Assembly (NCBI GenBank): GCA_037382465.1
Contig: JARRPX010000004.1
Span: 76,204-140,203, forward strand
Direction: 5' to 3'
From: Anaerolineales bacterium
GTDB taxonomy: Bacteria > Chloroflexota > Anaerolineae > Anaerolineales > E44-bin32
Length of the DNA: 64,000 bases
Positions 9,355 through 18,520 of this stretch are shown here, piece by piece. Positions within the stretch are counted from its first letter, which is position 1. Every line of letters starts with the position of its first letter. A model generated the notes under the pieces. The model had not been told where the DNA came from, did no database searches, and saw only the letters and a program-made list of their open reading frames with translations. A program made the position numbers and the translations under genes.

Positions 9355-10140
9355 TCATTCATCGAGATTGACGGAGTAATCGTCCCTGGCACCGATCATG
9401 TACGCCACCACTCGCTCACGAAACGCATGGATGTCCCCTTGAATGGGCCGATCACATACCTTCCGTCCATGACGCAAGACCATCACGCGATCGCCGACCT
9501 GATGGATATCCTCCAGGCGGTGACTGATGATGATGATAGAACAGCCCTGAGATTTTAGCTGGCGGATCAGTTCCAGCACCTTTCCCACAGAGATGACGTT
9601 CAGAGCCGCGGTTGGCTCATCCATGATGATGATCCTGGCATCGAAAGCCGTCACACGACTGATGGCGACCGCCTGTCGTTGACCTCCCGATAAATGCCTG
9701 ACCTTCAGACTCACGCAATCGATGTCGATCCTGAGGTCCTCGATCAGACGCAACGATTCCAGTTCCATCGTGCGTTTGTCGAGCAGCCGAACGGGGCCAA
9801 ATCCCCAGCGGATATATTCACGTCCCAGGAACATGTTCGCCGCCACATCCAGATTGTCCACCAATGCAAAATCCTGATAGACCATTTCGATGCCCAATGC
9901 CCGCGAGTCTTCCGGATTCCCGAACCACACCTGGCGGCCATCGATAAATATTCGTCCCCCGTCTGGAACGTGCGCACCGCTGAGCACCTTCATCAGCGTG
10001 GATTTCCCAGCCGCATTATCGCCCACAAGGCCAAGCACCTCGCCGCGCCTAAGAGTCAAATCCACGCCGCGAAGCGCCTGGATGGCTCCGAAGTTCTTGC
10101 GAATATCGTGCATCTCGACGCGTGCGGCCGTATCATCCAC
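9355..10140 (-). CDS. sugar-type ABC transporter ATP-binding protein, single NBD
   Basis: 261 aa with Walker [10 protein letters not shown], signature LSGGQRQ, Walker B IIIMDEPT and H-loop ISHRL. Confidence 0.85.
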   Translation of the reverse strand: MDDTAARVEMHDIRKNFGAIQALRGVDLTLRRGEVLGLVGDNAAGKSTLMKVLSGAHVPDGGRIFIDGRQVWFGNPEDSRALGIEMVYQDFALVDNLDVAANMFLGREYIRWGFGPVRLLDKRTMELESLRLIEDLRIDIDCVSLKVRHLSGGQRQAVAISRVTAFDARIIIMDEPTAALNVISVGKVLELIRQLKSQGCSIIIISHRLEDIHQVGDRVMVLRHGRKVCDRPIQGDIHAFRERVVAYMIGARDDYSVNLDE

Positions 10141-10152
10141 TCGAGTTGCTCC

Positions 10153-11040
10153 TCAGTTCGTGCTGCGCCTGCGCCGCCACATATCGTAAGTAACCGCGAT
10201 CACCAGCACGGCACCCAAGACGGTCTCCTGTACGTATGGAGACATATTGACGATGACCATGCCGTTGAACATGACCCCCATGATGGCTGCGCCGAGGATT
10301 GCCCCGGTTATCGTCCCTTCACCCCCCCGCAGGCTTGTTCCTCCGATGACCGTAGCCGCAATGGCCCATAATTCGTACGTGGATCCGACGGTCGGTGTGC
10401 CTTGGCCCAGGCGGGAAGCCAGGAGCAATCCCACCAACCCGGCCATGACGCCACTGCTTATGTAGCAAAAACTGCGTACCCGATCGACGTTGATTCCGGC
10501 CACGCGCGCAGCTTCGATATTTCCCCCTACGGCATAGATGTGCCGGCCGAGTGTCGTGGAGCGAAGTATGAAAGCCGCGATTACGGCTACGACGACCAGG
10601 ATGATGAACATTACGGGTATCTGAAAGATCTCACCTTGTCCCAGTTCCAGAAACGGGAAATCCAGAGGGAAGACAATCGGATATCCGCGCGTGATGAACT
10701 TCGCCATGCCCCTGGCGACCAACCAGGTACCCAGGGTGATGATAAAAGAAGGAATTTGCAGCTTGGTGACGCAGAAGCCATGCCATCTGCCAACGAGACC
10801 CGAAAAAGTAAGTACGAGCAGGATGGAAGGCAAGATGGCCAAAGGCGGAATGGGTCCCACACCTTTCACCATAAAGGTTGCCGCAAGCACGCCGGTCAAT
10901 GCGGTCATCGATCCCACGGATAAATCGATTCCGTCTGTGATGATGACCAGAATTTCGCCGATCGCCAGGAGGCCAAACGTCGCCACAAAACGCATGATCA
11001 CTTTCAGATTTGCCAGCTTCAGGGTCTTTTTATCTTCCAT
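10153..11040 (-). CDS. sugar-type (RbsC/XylH-like) ABC permease, short N-terminus
   Basis: 295 aa with motifs [10 protein letters not shown] and [14 protein letters not shown]. The alignment to the in-window XylH begins only at ...NLFRQM..., so TM1 is missing. In-frame TAA and TGA lie 10 and 8 codons upstream of the ATG. Confidence 0.8.
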   Translation of the reverse strand: MEDKKTLKLANLKVIMRFVATFGLLAIGEILVIITDGIDLSVGSMTALTGVLAATFMVKGVGPIPPLAILPSILLVLTFSGLVGRWHGFCVTKLQIPSFIITLGTWLVARGMAKFITRGYPIVFPLDFPFLELGQGEIFQIPVMFIILVVVAVIAAFILRSTTLGRHIYAVGGNIEAARVAGINVDRVRSFCYISSGVMAGLVGLLLASRLGQGTPTVGSTYELWAIAATVIGGTSLRGGEGTITGAILGAAIMGVMFNGMVIVNMSPYVQETVLGAVLVIAVTYDMWRRRRSTN

Positions 11041-11160
11041 GCGACCGAAATTGCCTCCCGTTCAGAATTACGGCGCATCCGTTCGAATTTCCTGGAACGA
11101 TTTTGGTGGGAATCGACTTCTACCTGTAGATGCAGTATAGGCGAAGATATATTTCCATGG

Positions 11161-11200
11161 CTAGGGGGCATCCCTAAGTAAAATAGGGGATTTCCCCCTC
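11161..11200 (-). promoter_or_regulatory. G4/C4 inverted-repeat motif (copy B) in the divergent region between the ABC permease and the response regulator
   Basis: The reverse complement GAGGGGGAAATCCCCTATTTTACTTAGGGATGCCCCCTAG matches copy A (3701-3731) at 24/31 positions. Its orientation relative to the downstream transporter operon is the same as for copy A. Confidence 0.35.
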
Positions 11201-11240
11201 TTTTCCAGTGCCGCTCGGCGCATCTCGAAATATGCAATAA

Positions 11241-11249
11241 TGGTATAGT
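11241..11249 (+). promoter_or_regulatory. extended -10 promoter (TGG-TATAGT) placed for a leaderless regulator mRNA
   Basis: TATAGT at 11244-11249 ends 6 nt before the ATG at 11256. No SD sequence lies between them. Confidence 0.35.
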
Positions 11250-11255
11250 ATTGGA

Positions 11256-12314
11256 ATGAACAAAGTACGCACCCTCTTGGCAGACGATCACGCCCTCGTT
11301 CGTGAAGGTATCCGCAACGCCTTGAAGAACCTTTCCCATGTAAGCATTATTGCTGAAGTCGGCGACGGACCCGCGTTGATGGCAGCCTTGCACGACACGA
11401 ATCCCGACTTGCTACTTTTGGACGTCACCATGCCGGAGTTCAAGCCCGTCGAAGCCATTCATCAAATTTGCAGCGACTATCCGGATATGAAAATCCTGGT
11501 GATCAGCGCATACGACGACGACGTGTACGTACAGGGGTTGATGCAAGCGGGTGTCGACGGATACCTGCTGAAAGACCAATCTCTGGGTGACTTACAGCTT
11601 GCAATCGACCGGGTGTTGGCCGATGAGAAGTGGGTCTCGAGCCGGGTGATCGATAAATTGGTGCGGATTTCGGAAAGAACGTCAGCTGCACCCGCCTCAC
11701 CGCTGACCTCCCGACAGCGCGACATCCTGCGCTTGCTGCAACAGGGCCTCGACAATCAAAGCATCGCCCAACGCATGAACCTCAGTATTAAAACGATTGA
11801 GAATCACCTTACCCGCATCTATCGCCAGCTCGATGTTCAGAGCCGCCTCGAAGCTGTCAAATACGCCAATCATCACCCAGATATCCTTGGATTGCCGGGA
11901 CAGATCGCCACGCAAGAGCCTCCAACCATGAAAGCCTCCGATCAAAGCGCCGTAACGCTTTTGTTGGTCGATGATAACGCCCGCTATCGCTATCAATTAC
12001 GACGCATGATCGGCAAGGTTTGCACTCAGGCTTTGATCTATGAAGCCGAAAACATCGACGAAACCGTGAACCTGGTCCAACACATCACTCCGCACTTGGT
12101 TTTGATAGACGTTGTCCTGGGGGATGAAGACGGCATCCACTGCACGCGCCGCATCAAAGCGATTTCATCCAAACCCCGAGTAGTTCTCATCAGCGCTTAT
12201 CCCGATCGTGAGTTTCACCGGTTGGGCCTGGAGGCCGGCGCGGTCGCATTTCTGGACAAGAAAGACCTCGACGCTGCTTCGCTGCGCGAACTGATTGAAG
12301 ACGTAATGCGATAG
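11256..12314 (+). CDS. NarL/LuxR-family response regulator with an extra C-terminal receiver domain (REC-HTH-REC)
   Basis: MNKVRTLLADDHALVREG...LLLLDVTMP...VISAY forms REC1. LTSRQRDILRLLQQGLDNQSIAQRMNLSIKTIENHLTRIYRQL is the LuxR HTH. TLLLVDDNARY...LVLIDVVLGDEDG...VLISAY...FLDKKD forms REC2. Confidence 0.85.
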   Translation: MNKVRTLLADDHALVREGIRNALKNLSHVSIIAEVGDGPALMAALHDTNPDLLLLDVTMPEFKPVEAIHQICSDYPDMKILVISAYDDDVYVQGLMQAGVDGYLLKDQSLGDLQLAIDRVLADEKWVSSRVIDKLVRISERTSAAPASPLTSRQRDILRLLQQGLDNQSIAQRMNLSIKTIENHLTRIYRQLDVQSRLEAVKYANHHPDILGLPGQIATQEPPTMKASDQSAVTLLLVDDNARYRYQLRRMIGKVCTQALIYEAENIDETVNLVQHITPHLVLIDVVLGDEDGIHCTRRIKAISSKPRVVLISAYPDREFHRLGLEAGAVAFLDKKDLDAASLRELIEDVMR

Positions 12315-12394
12315 AATGAATGTGTCAAGCCACTTTCGATTATGAGTGATCATTTGATGGTTTCGCATCAAAGTGATATCCTCAGGTTCGATAC

Positions 12395-12919
12395 ATGCAA
12401 CCGAGATTGAAAGTCTATAACATTTCGAAGTACATCGGTTCGCTGCCGGTCTTAGAGCACGTAAGCTTTGAGGTGTTCCCCGGAGAAGTCGTGGGGCTGG
12501 TCGGCAGGAGCGGCGCGGGAAAATCCCTGCTGGCCAGCATCATAACCGGATTATCGATGCCGGATACGGGAACCATGATCTTCGAAGGACGCAAGGTTCA
12601 ATGGCCCTTTCACGCGCAAAAATTGGGCGTTGAAGCCATCCACCAGAGACCGCGTCTGGCTGAGCATCTCGACATCACAGCCAATATCTTCCTTGGCAGA
12701 GAATTGCGGATCCCGATCCTCGGGCGGCGTCTGAACATCCTCGACCGGCGCAGGATGAACAACGAAGCGGCGCGCATCCTCGAGCAACTCAATTTCCGAT
12801 TTCCCTCGCTGCGCGAAAAAGTGGCCAATTTATCCAGCGAACAACGGCAGATGCTTTCCATCGCCCAGGTGATGACCCATACGGCGAAGTTGATCGTCGT
12901 GGATGAGCCTACAAAGTAG
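12395..12919 (+). CDS. ABC nucleotide-binding-domain-like protein truncated immediately after Walker B
   Basis: Walker A is GRSGAGKS. The signature is degenerate (LSSEQRQ). Walker B is LIVVDEPT, then K and a TAG stop. The D-loop/H-loop region (about 55 aa) is absent. Confidence 0.7.
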   Translation: MQPRLKVYNISKYIGSLPVLEHVSFEVFPGEVVGLVGRSGAGKSLLASIITGLSMPDTGTMIFEGRKVQWPFHAQKLGVEAIHQRPRLAEHLDITANIFLGRELRIPILGRRLNILDRRRMNNEAARILEQLNFRFPSLREKVANLSSEQRQMLSIAQVMTHTAKLIVVDEPTK

Positions 12920-12939
12920 CCTCCCACCGCACCGACGAG

Positions 12940-13860
12940 GTGAGCCGTGAGGAGATCGTGGCTGCGCTGGTAGGCACCACAAACCGGCAGCAGCTCACGC
13001 CTGCCATCTGGGCGCTCGACAATTACTACCGCGCCCGAGAGCAAGCAGAAAATCTGCGCCACCAACAAAGACTTCTCGAACAGAATCTTGCGGTGCAGGA
13101 CACCCGCATCCGCAGTCTCATCGAACAAATGACCGAACAGGTAAAGGCGCTGGATCAGGCGAACATCGCCTTGCAAGATGCGCATCGGCGGTTGCTCACC
13201 GAACGCGAACAGGAACGCAAACATTTAGCCAGAGAACTGCACGATCAATTGATTCAGGACTTACTGAGCGTAAATTACCAGTTGGAGGAAAGTGAAGCGC
13301 ACGCCGATGTCGGCCCGGAACTCAAGGAGGATCTCCTTCAAATCCGCAACACCATCCGCATGTTCGTCTCCGACCTGCGCAGGATCTGCAGCGATCTGCG
13401 TCCGCCGACAATTGACAGCCTTGGATTGGGCTCTGCACTGCAATCCTACACGCAAGATTGGAGTGAGCGCACGGGCATCGATCTGACGCTCAACCTGGAC
13501 AGCAATTTGGGTCGTTTGCCCGAAGCGATCGAATTGTCGATTTTCCGCATCGTACAGGAGGGTCTCAACAACGTTCGCAAACACGCCATGGCCAATCGCA
13601 TCGACGTCACGCTTGAACACACATCCGTCCGCGCCTTGATGATCTCCATATCCGATGACGGCAGCGGACTGCAGGACGACTTCGATCTCTCTGCCCTTTC
13701 GAGGGAGGGACACTTCGGGCTGTTGGGAATCAGCGAAAGAGTCGCTCTTCTGGGAGGCCGATTGGACATGAAAAACAAGCCCGAGGGCGGATTGCTTCTT
13801 CAAGCCGAGATACCTCACCCCAGAGTCGATCTCCCGGTAAAAATGGCGGAAGAACGGTGA
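12940..13860 (+). CDS. soluble HisKA_3-type sensor histidine kinase (NarX/DegS class) with coiled-coil; N-terminus retains an ABC-domain C-terminal motif
   Basis: H-box is ERKHLARELHDQLIQDL and the HATPase motifs are NNVRKHA, DDGSGL and GHFGLLGISERV. No TM segment is present. The N-terminal SREEIVAALVG resembles SHEQLVKMMVG at the end of NBD1 of the in-window XylG. The frame is open from 12907, overlapping the upstream ORF in the -1 frame. Confidence 0.8.
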   Translation: MSREEIVAALVGTTNRQQLTPAIWALDNYYRAREQAENLRHQQRLLEQNLAVQDTRIRSLIEQMTEQVKALDQANIALQDAHRRLLTEREQERKHLARELHDQLIQDLLSVNYQLEESEAHADVGPELKEDLLQIRNTIRMFVSDLRRICSDLRPPTIDSLGLGSALQSYTQDWSERTGIDLTLNLDSNLGRLPEAIELSIFRIVQEGLNNVRKHAMANRIDVTLEHTSVRALMISISDDGSGLQDDFDLSALSREGHFGLLGISERVALLGGRLDMKNKPEGGLLLQAEIPHPRVDLPVKMAEER

Positions 13861-13964
13861 TGGGCTGAAGACGGTTCCTGATCCCCAGCCCCTATGGCGT
13901 CATTGCGTACATCTTGCCGATATGATAGATTCCTAAAACTACGGCTTCCGGTTTAGGAGTATGT

Positions 13965-15398
13965 ATGGCTCCAACACCACGTTCGACGCTGAGCGAAGAT
14001 TTCGCAGCCCATTTGAATTGTCCCATCTGCGGAGAAGCGAGGCTGATGGTTCATCACACCTCCTCCCTCCCGGATTTCGTTACCTGCCATAGTTGCTCGT
14101 CCGCCTTCGTCGTCGAGGAAGGTGGAGAACGGGTTCTCTTTGGGAAGATCAACGATCAATACCCGCGTACGCAGCAATTTGCATTGAAACAATGGGTCAT
14201 GCTGGAAGCCATCGAACGCCGCGCTTCCGACGAGCGGTTGGAAGGCGAGGACACGACCGCCCCACCAGAAGTCGAACAAGCGCCCACCCCGCAAATCCCT
14301 AAAGCCGCCCCAACGCCGCCGCCCTCCGCGGAAAACCTCTTGCGTTCGGCAGCCGTTCCCATCCCCACCGAGCCTGACCTTGAATGGCCGCCGGAGAAAT
14401 TGATCCCTCTGGAGCCGGAACCGGAATCCGAACCCGTCCAGACTCCAAAGGTTGAACCCGGCCCGCCGACTCCCGCGAGCGTTGAACCCGTCATGCAGGA
14501 ACCGGTGCAGCCATCCCCAATTCCACCCATACCTTCCCATCTTGAACCTCCACCGGGTGTGGACCTCGAAAGAATCCTCCGCGTCGAGGAACCCGCAGAA
14601 GAGCCAGCGTTTCCCGGCGATACGCCGGTATTTCCCCAGGGTATGAAGCTGAAGCAGCCTGCGGAAGGCCTGGCTGAACCTGCTCCCACGGCGGAAGTGC
14701 AAGCCGAACCAGGCACAGCGGTTCAGGCTGCCCCCGTAAAGCCCGCTTCTGAACCTCCCGTGCTCGAGCTGCGCGAAAACGATCCGCCGCCCGGAATTCG
14801 ATACCGCGTCGTCCTTCGGGGAGAGAAAGTGATTTTCCCCAAGAAAGCCTGTGCCCACTGCCAGGCAACACCGGTGCGCGGCCGCTTGACGATCATCGGT
14901 GACCTTCCCCAGGGGCAGAAAATCGGCCAACGTAAGAAGGCAACCTTCAACCTTCCTCTATGCGCAGAATGTCACGATCGGGCTCAGAGCGTCACGCCGG
15001 AGGAAAAGGCGGAACGGCTTCAAGCCAACCTGATCTCCATGCTTGTCATGATGGTGCTCCTCGTGGCGGCTCTTGCCTGGGGCCTTGACCTTCAGGAGGA
15101 TCCAATCTCTGGTGTAATTATCATTGGTATTCTCGCCCTGGTGGGATATTTTGTCCCGTCCTATTTCCTGTTGAGACGCATCAAACCTTCTCCCCCCTCA
15201 CCCAACGCCGCCTACATTCGCTCGACGCTTCTCATCCCCGACGATGCGCAGGGCCTGGAGACGGCCTTCGAATTCCGCAACAAGGATTATGCACAGCAAT
15301 TCTTCGAGGCCAACGAATTCGTTACCCTGGGAAAGCCCATCCAGGTTAAAGACCGCTCCTTTTCCAGGATGCGGCCGCCGGAAACCCCTGCGTCGTAA
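13965..15398 (+). CDS. hypothetical membrane protein: two zinc-ribbon-like CxxC pairs, long Pro/Glu-rich spacer, two TM helices
   Basis: It contains CPICGE...CHSC near the N-terminus and CAHC...CAEC at about aa 300. Two hydrophobic helices are LISMLVMMVLLVAALAWGL and VIIIGILALVGYFVPSYFLL. Confidence 0.6.
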   Translation: MAPTPRSTLSEDFAAHLNCPICGEARLMVHHTSSLPDFVTCHSCSSAFVVEEGGERVLFGKINDQYPRTQQFALKQWVMLEAIERRASDERLEGEDTTAPPEVEQAPTPQIPKAAPTPPPSAENLLRSAAVPIPTEPDLEWPPEKLIPLEPEPESEPVQTPKVEPGPPTPASVEPVMQEPVQPSPIPPIPSHLEPPPGVDLERILRVEEPAEEPAFPGDTPVFPQGMKLKQPAEGLAEPAPTAEVQAEPGTAVQAAPVKPASEPPVLELRENDPPPGIRYRVVLRGEKVIFPKKACAHCQATPVRGRLTIIGDLPQGQKIGQRKKATFNLPLCAECHDRAQSVTPEEKAERLQANLISMLVMMVLLVAALAWGLDLQEDPISGVIIIGILALVGYFVPSYFLLRRIKPSPPSPNAAYIRSTLLIPDDAQGLETAFEFRNKDYAQQFFEANEFVTLGKPIQVKDRSFSRMRPPETPAS

Positions 15399-15561
15399 AT
15401 CCATTAAAGCGGGACGTTCATAACCCTGCTTGCATTCATGCCACCGCCAACCCTTCGATGCTGCGCCCCGAAGGATGACCCGGCGTCACATCCACTCGCT
15501 ACGCATCCCGTCCCCACACCCGCGATGATCAATCCTGTTCTGACCCTTGATTTTGGTCTGT

Positions 15562-15601
15562 TATAATGATATGTTGTACGCGTAAATAGAACATTTGTAC
15601 G
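15562..15601 (+). promoter_or_regulatory. uvrA promoter -10 (TATAAT) followed by an SOS/Cheo-box-like site
   Basis: TATAAT lies at 15562-15567 with a -35-like TCTGAC 17 bp upstream. AGAACATTTGTACG at 15588-15601 is GAAC-N4-GTAC, one mismatch to GAAC-N4-GTTC, and sits 18 bp before the uvrA ATG. Confidence 0.4.
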
Positions 15602-15618
15602 AATAAGGCCAGAATCGA

Positions 15619-18504
15619 ATGACACAAGACCACATCCAAGTTGTAGGTGCACGGGAACACAATCTGAAGAATATCTCCGTCGACATTCCTCGCAATAAAC
15701 TCGTCGTGATATCCGGCATATCCGGATCAGGTAAATCATCGCTCGCCTTCGACACCATTTTCGCAGAAGGCCAACGCCGTTACGTTGAATCCCTCTCTGC
15801 ATACGCACGCCAATTTCTCGGCCAGCTCGACAAGCCTGACGTGGATTACATCGAGGGGCTTTCTCCCGCTGTATCGATAAATCAACGCGGGGTGTCCCAC
15901 AATCCTCGATCCACAGTCGGAACCGTGACGGAAGTGTATGATTATCTGCGTCTGCTTTTTGCACGCGCCGGAATCCCACACTGTCCCATCTGCAATCGAG
16001 AAGTGCGCCAGCAATCGGCGCAGGAGATCGTAGATGCCGTCGAGGCGCTGCCGGCCGACTCGCGCGTGTTGATCCTGGCGCCGTTGATTCGCGGCCGCAA
16101 AGGGACACACCGTGCGGTTTTCGACGAAGTGCGAAGGTCGGGTTTCGTGCGTGTACGGGTGGATGGCGTGATGCAATCCGTCGACGACGAGATCGAGCTG
16201 GATCGCTACAAAACGCACACCATCGAAGTCGTCGTGGATCGTCTCATCGTCGAAGCAGATGCCGAACATGCATCGGAAAACGGATTCCGGTCACGCCTCA
16301 CGGATTCGATCGAGACGGCACTGCGTTGGGGTGATGGCACGATGCTCGTCGCCGACGTTACTTCAGAGCAGGAACCCAAAATCACGCCGTATTCGGAGTT
16401 CCTTGCCTGCCCCGAGCACGGCACGATGCTCTCGGAGATCGAGCCACGCACATTCTCTTTCAACACGCCCCACGGCGCATGTCCGGAATGCCAGGGATTG
16501 GGAATTAAACTGGAGATCGATCCCGATCGCATCATCCCCGATCGATCCATTTCCATTGCCGACGGCGCGGTCGCCGCACTGGAATGGTCCAACCAAAGCC
16601 GCGAACGTAGAGGCTATTACTGGCAGATGGTCGAAGCCGTCGCCGAGCACTATGGCGTGAGCCTCGATGCGCCGGTCGCAGAACTCGAAGACGAAAAATT
16701 GGATTTGATCCTGTATGGGACGAACAACGAAAAATTACCCGTTCATTACGTGAACACTGAAGGCCGCAAAACGACATTCAAGACGACTTTCGAAGGCGTG
16801 ATCGGAAATCTCGAGCGGCGCTATCAGGAGACGCAGTCCGATGCGGTTCGCAACCGGATTCAAGAATTCATGGCCGAGCGGCCGTGTCCCTCCTGCGGCG
16901 GCCGGCGCTTGCGCGCAGAAGCCCTGGCCGTTCTTTTGGACGGCATGAACATCGTCGAGATCACGAAGTGGCCCGTCCAACGCACCCTGAAGTGGGTACA
17001 GAAATTACAGGGAGACGACAGTCCATTGTCCGACCGTCAACGGAAAATCGCCGATCGAGTGCTGAAAGAGATCGCCGATCGTCTCGGCTTCCTGGTGAAC
17101 GTTGGCCTGGATTACCTCACCCTCGACCGTTCGGCGAGCACGCTCTCCGGCGGCGAGGCGCAGCGCATCCGGCTGGCGACCCAGATTGGATCGCGTTTGA
17201 TGGGCGTGCTCTACGTGCTCGACGAACCCTCCATCGGCCTTCATCCCCGCGACAACAAACGCCTCATCCGGACACTGGAGGAGATGCGCGATCTGGGCAA
17301 CTCCGTGCTCGTCGTCGAGCACGACGAAGCCACCATCCGCGCTGCGGATTGGGTCATCGATCTGGGTCCGGGAGCCGGCGAATCCGGTGGAGAAATCATG
17401 GCGGAAGGCACGGTAGCTCAAGTCACGCGCAACAAGAATTCGGTTACCGGGCAATTCCTCGCCGGAAATCTCTGCATCGACACTCCCAAGGAACGGCGCA
17501 CAGGAAACGGACACACCCTGTCCGTCCTCGGCGCACGCGAGAACAACCTCAAGGACATCGACGTCGACATCCCCCTGGGAACGTTTGTATGCATCACGGG
17601 CGTTTCAGGCTCCGGCAAATCCACGCTGATGGTGGAGGTGCTTTACAAAGCGTTGGCGCAGAAACTGCACGGGGGACGGCAGCAGCCGGGTGCCTATTCC
17701 GCACTCGAAGGGGTCGAATTCGTAGACAAGGTCATCAACATCGACCAGAGTCCGATTGGCCGCACGCCGCGCTCCAACCCCGGCACGTACACAGGTGTTT
17801 TCGATCACGTGCGCGCGTTGTTCGCCGAGTTGCCCGAATCCAAAGTGCGCGGCTATAAGCCGGGACGTTTCTCTTTCAACGTCCACGGCGGCCGCTGTGA
17901 AGCCTGCCAGGGACAGGGACAACTGCGCATCGAAATGCAGTTCCTGCCGGATGTGTACGTGCCGTGCGAGGTATGCCACGGCGCCCGCTTCAACCGCGAG
18001 ACTCTGCAGGTGCGCTTCAAAGAACATTCCATTGCCGACATCCTCGACATGACCATCCATGAAGCCGCAGAGTTTTTCGAGGCATTTCCGGCGATCGTAC
18101 GCAAACTCGATACGTTGCAGGAGGTGGGGCTGGGCTACATCAAAATCGGCCAGCCGGCACCCACCTTATCCGGTGGCGAGGCCCAACGCGTGAAACTCTC
18201 GCGCGAACTCTCGAAACGCAGCACCGGCCACACACTCTACGTTCTCGACGAGCCTTCTGTGGGATTGCACGCTGCGGATGTGTATAAATTGATCGACGTG
18301 CTGCAGCGCCTGGTGGACCAGGGCAACACCGTCTTGATCATCGAGCACCATCCCGACATCATCAAAGTCGCCGACTGGGTGATCGATCTCGGCCCGGAAG
18401 GGGGAGATCAGGGCGGAGAAATCGTCGCGGTCGGAACCCCGGAAGAGCTCAGCGGCGTGGCCGCATCGTATACCGGTCAATTTTTGCGAGAGCAGTTGAA
18501 ATAG
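15619..18504 (+). CDS. uvrA: excinuclease ABC subunit A
   Basis: 961 aa. The start is canonical ([61 protein letters not shown]). Two ABC modules and the zinc-finger cysteines are present. Confidence 0.97.
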   Translation: MTQDHIQVVGAREHNLKNISVDIPRNKLVVISGISGSGKSSLAFDTIFAEGQRRYVESLSAYARQFLGQLDKPDVDYIEGLSPAVSINQRGVSHNPRSTVGTVTEVYDYLRLLFARAGIPHCPICNREVRQQSAQEIVDAVEALPADSRVLILAPLIRGRKGTHRAVFDEVRRSGFVRVRVDGVMQSVDDEIELDRYKTHTIEVVVDRLIVEADAEHASENGFRSRLTDSIETALRWGDGTMLVADVTSEQEPKITPYSEFLACPEHGTMLSEIEPRTFSFNTPHGACPECQGLGIKLEIDPDRIIPDRSISIADGAVAALEWSNQSRERRGYYWQMVEAVAEHYGVSLDAPVAELEDEKLDLILYGTNNEKLPVHYVNTEGRKTTFKTTFEGVIGNLERRYQETQSDAVRNRIQEFMAERPCPSCGGRRLRAEALAVLLDGMNIVEITKWPVQRTLKWVQKLQGDDSPLSDRQRKIADRVLKEIADRLGFLVNVGLDYLTLDRSASTLSGGEAQRIRLATQIGSRLMGVLYVLDEPSIGLHPRDNKRLIRTLEEMRDLGNSVLVVEHDEATIRAADWVIDLGPGAGESGGEIMAEGTVAQVTRNKNSVTGQFLAGNLCIDTPKERRTGNGHTLSVLGARENNLKDIDVDIPLGTFVCITGVSGSGKSTLMVEVLYKALAQKLHGGRQQPGAYSALEGVEFVDKVINIDQSPIGRTPRSNPGTYTGVFDHVRALFAELPESKVRGYKPGRFSFNVHGGRCEACQGQGQLRIEMQFLPDVYVPCEVCHGARFNRETLQVRFKEHSIADILDMTIHEAAEFFEAFPAIVRKLDTLQEVGLGYIKIGQPAPTLSGGEAQRVKLSRELSKRSTGHTLYVLDEPSVGLHAADVYKLIDVLQRLVDQGNTVLIIEHHPDIIKVADWVIDLGPEGGDQGGEIVAVGTPEELSGVAASYTGQFLREQLK

Positions 18505-18520
18505 CCGTAAATCGAGGACG

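Noticed and set aside
12907-12919. Programmed -1 ribosomal frameshift joining the truncated NBD to the kinase.
   Set aside because: The overlap (GCCTACAAAGTAG) has no X XXY YYZ slippery heptamer, and I see no obvious downstream pseudoknot or hairpin. Even if fused, the NBD would still lack its H-loop third. A deletion, a pseudogene or a natural split is more parsimonious.
13953-14930. A 325-aa minus-strand ORF opposite the Pro-rich zinc-ribbon protein.
   Set aside because: Both strands are low-complexity here. I chose the plus strand because it alone gives paired CxxC motifs, two clean TM helices and a continuous 477-aa frame. Residual doubt is noted in the findings.
16884-17858. A 324-aa Arg/Pro-rich alternative-frame ORF inside uvrA. 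Similar ones lie at 57589-58653 and 58816-59766 inside comEC.
   Set aside because: They overlap genes with unmistakable homology in another frame. Their composition (30% or more Arg/Pro/Gly) is typical of out-of-frame reading of GC-rich genes.
15619-18504. Whether uvrA, polA, comEC and the dead-transposase gene form a DNA-repair or competence island.
   Set aside because: These genes are tens of kb apart. They are interleaved with unrelated housekeeping genes and show no flanking tRNA, integrase or direct repeats. I consider only the REC/TnpA-like to polA adjacency noteworthy.
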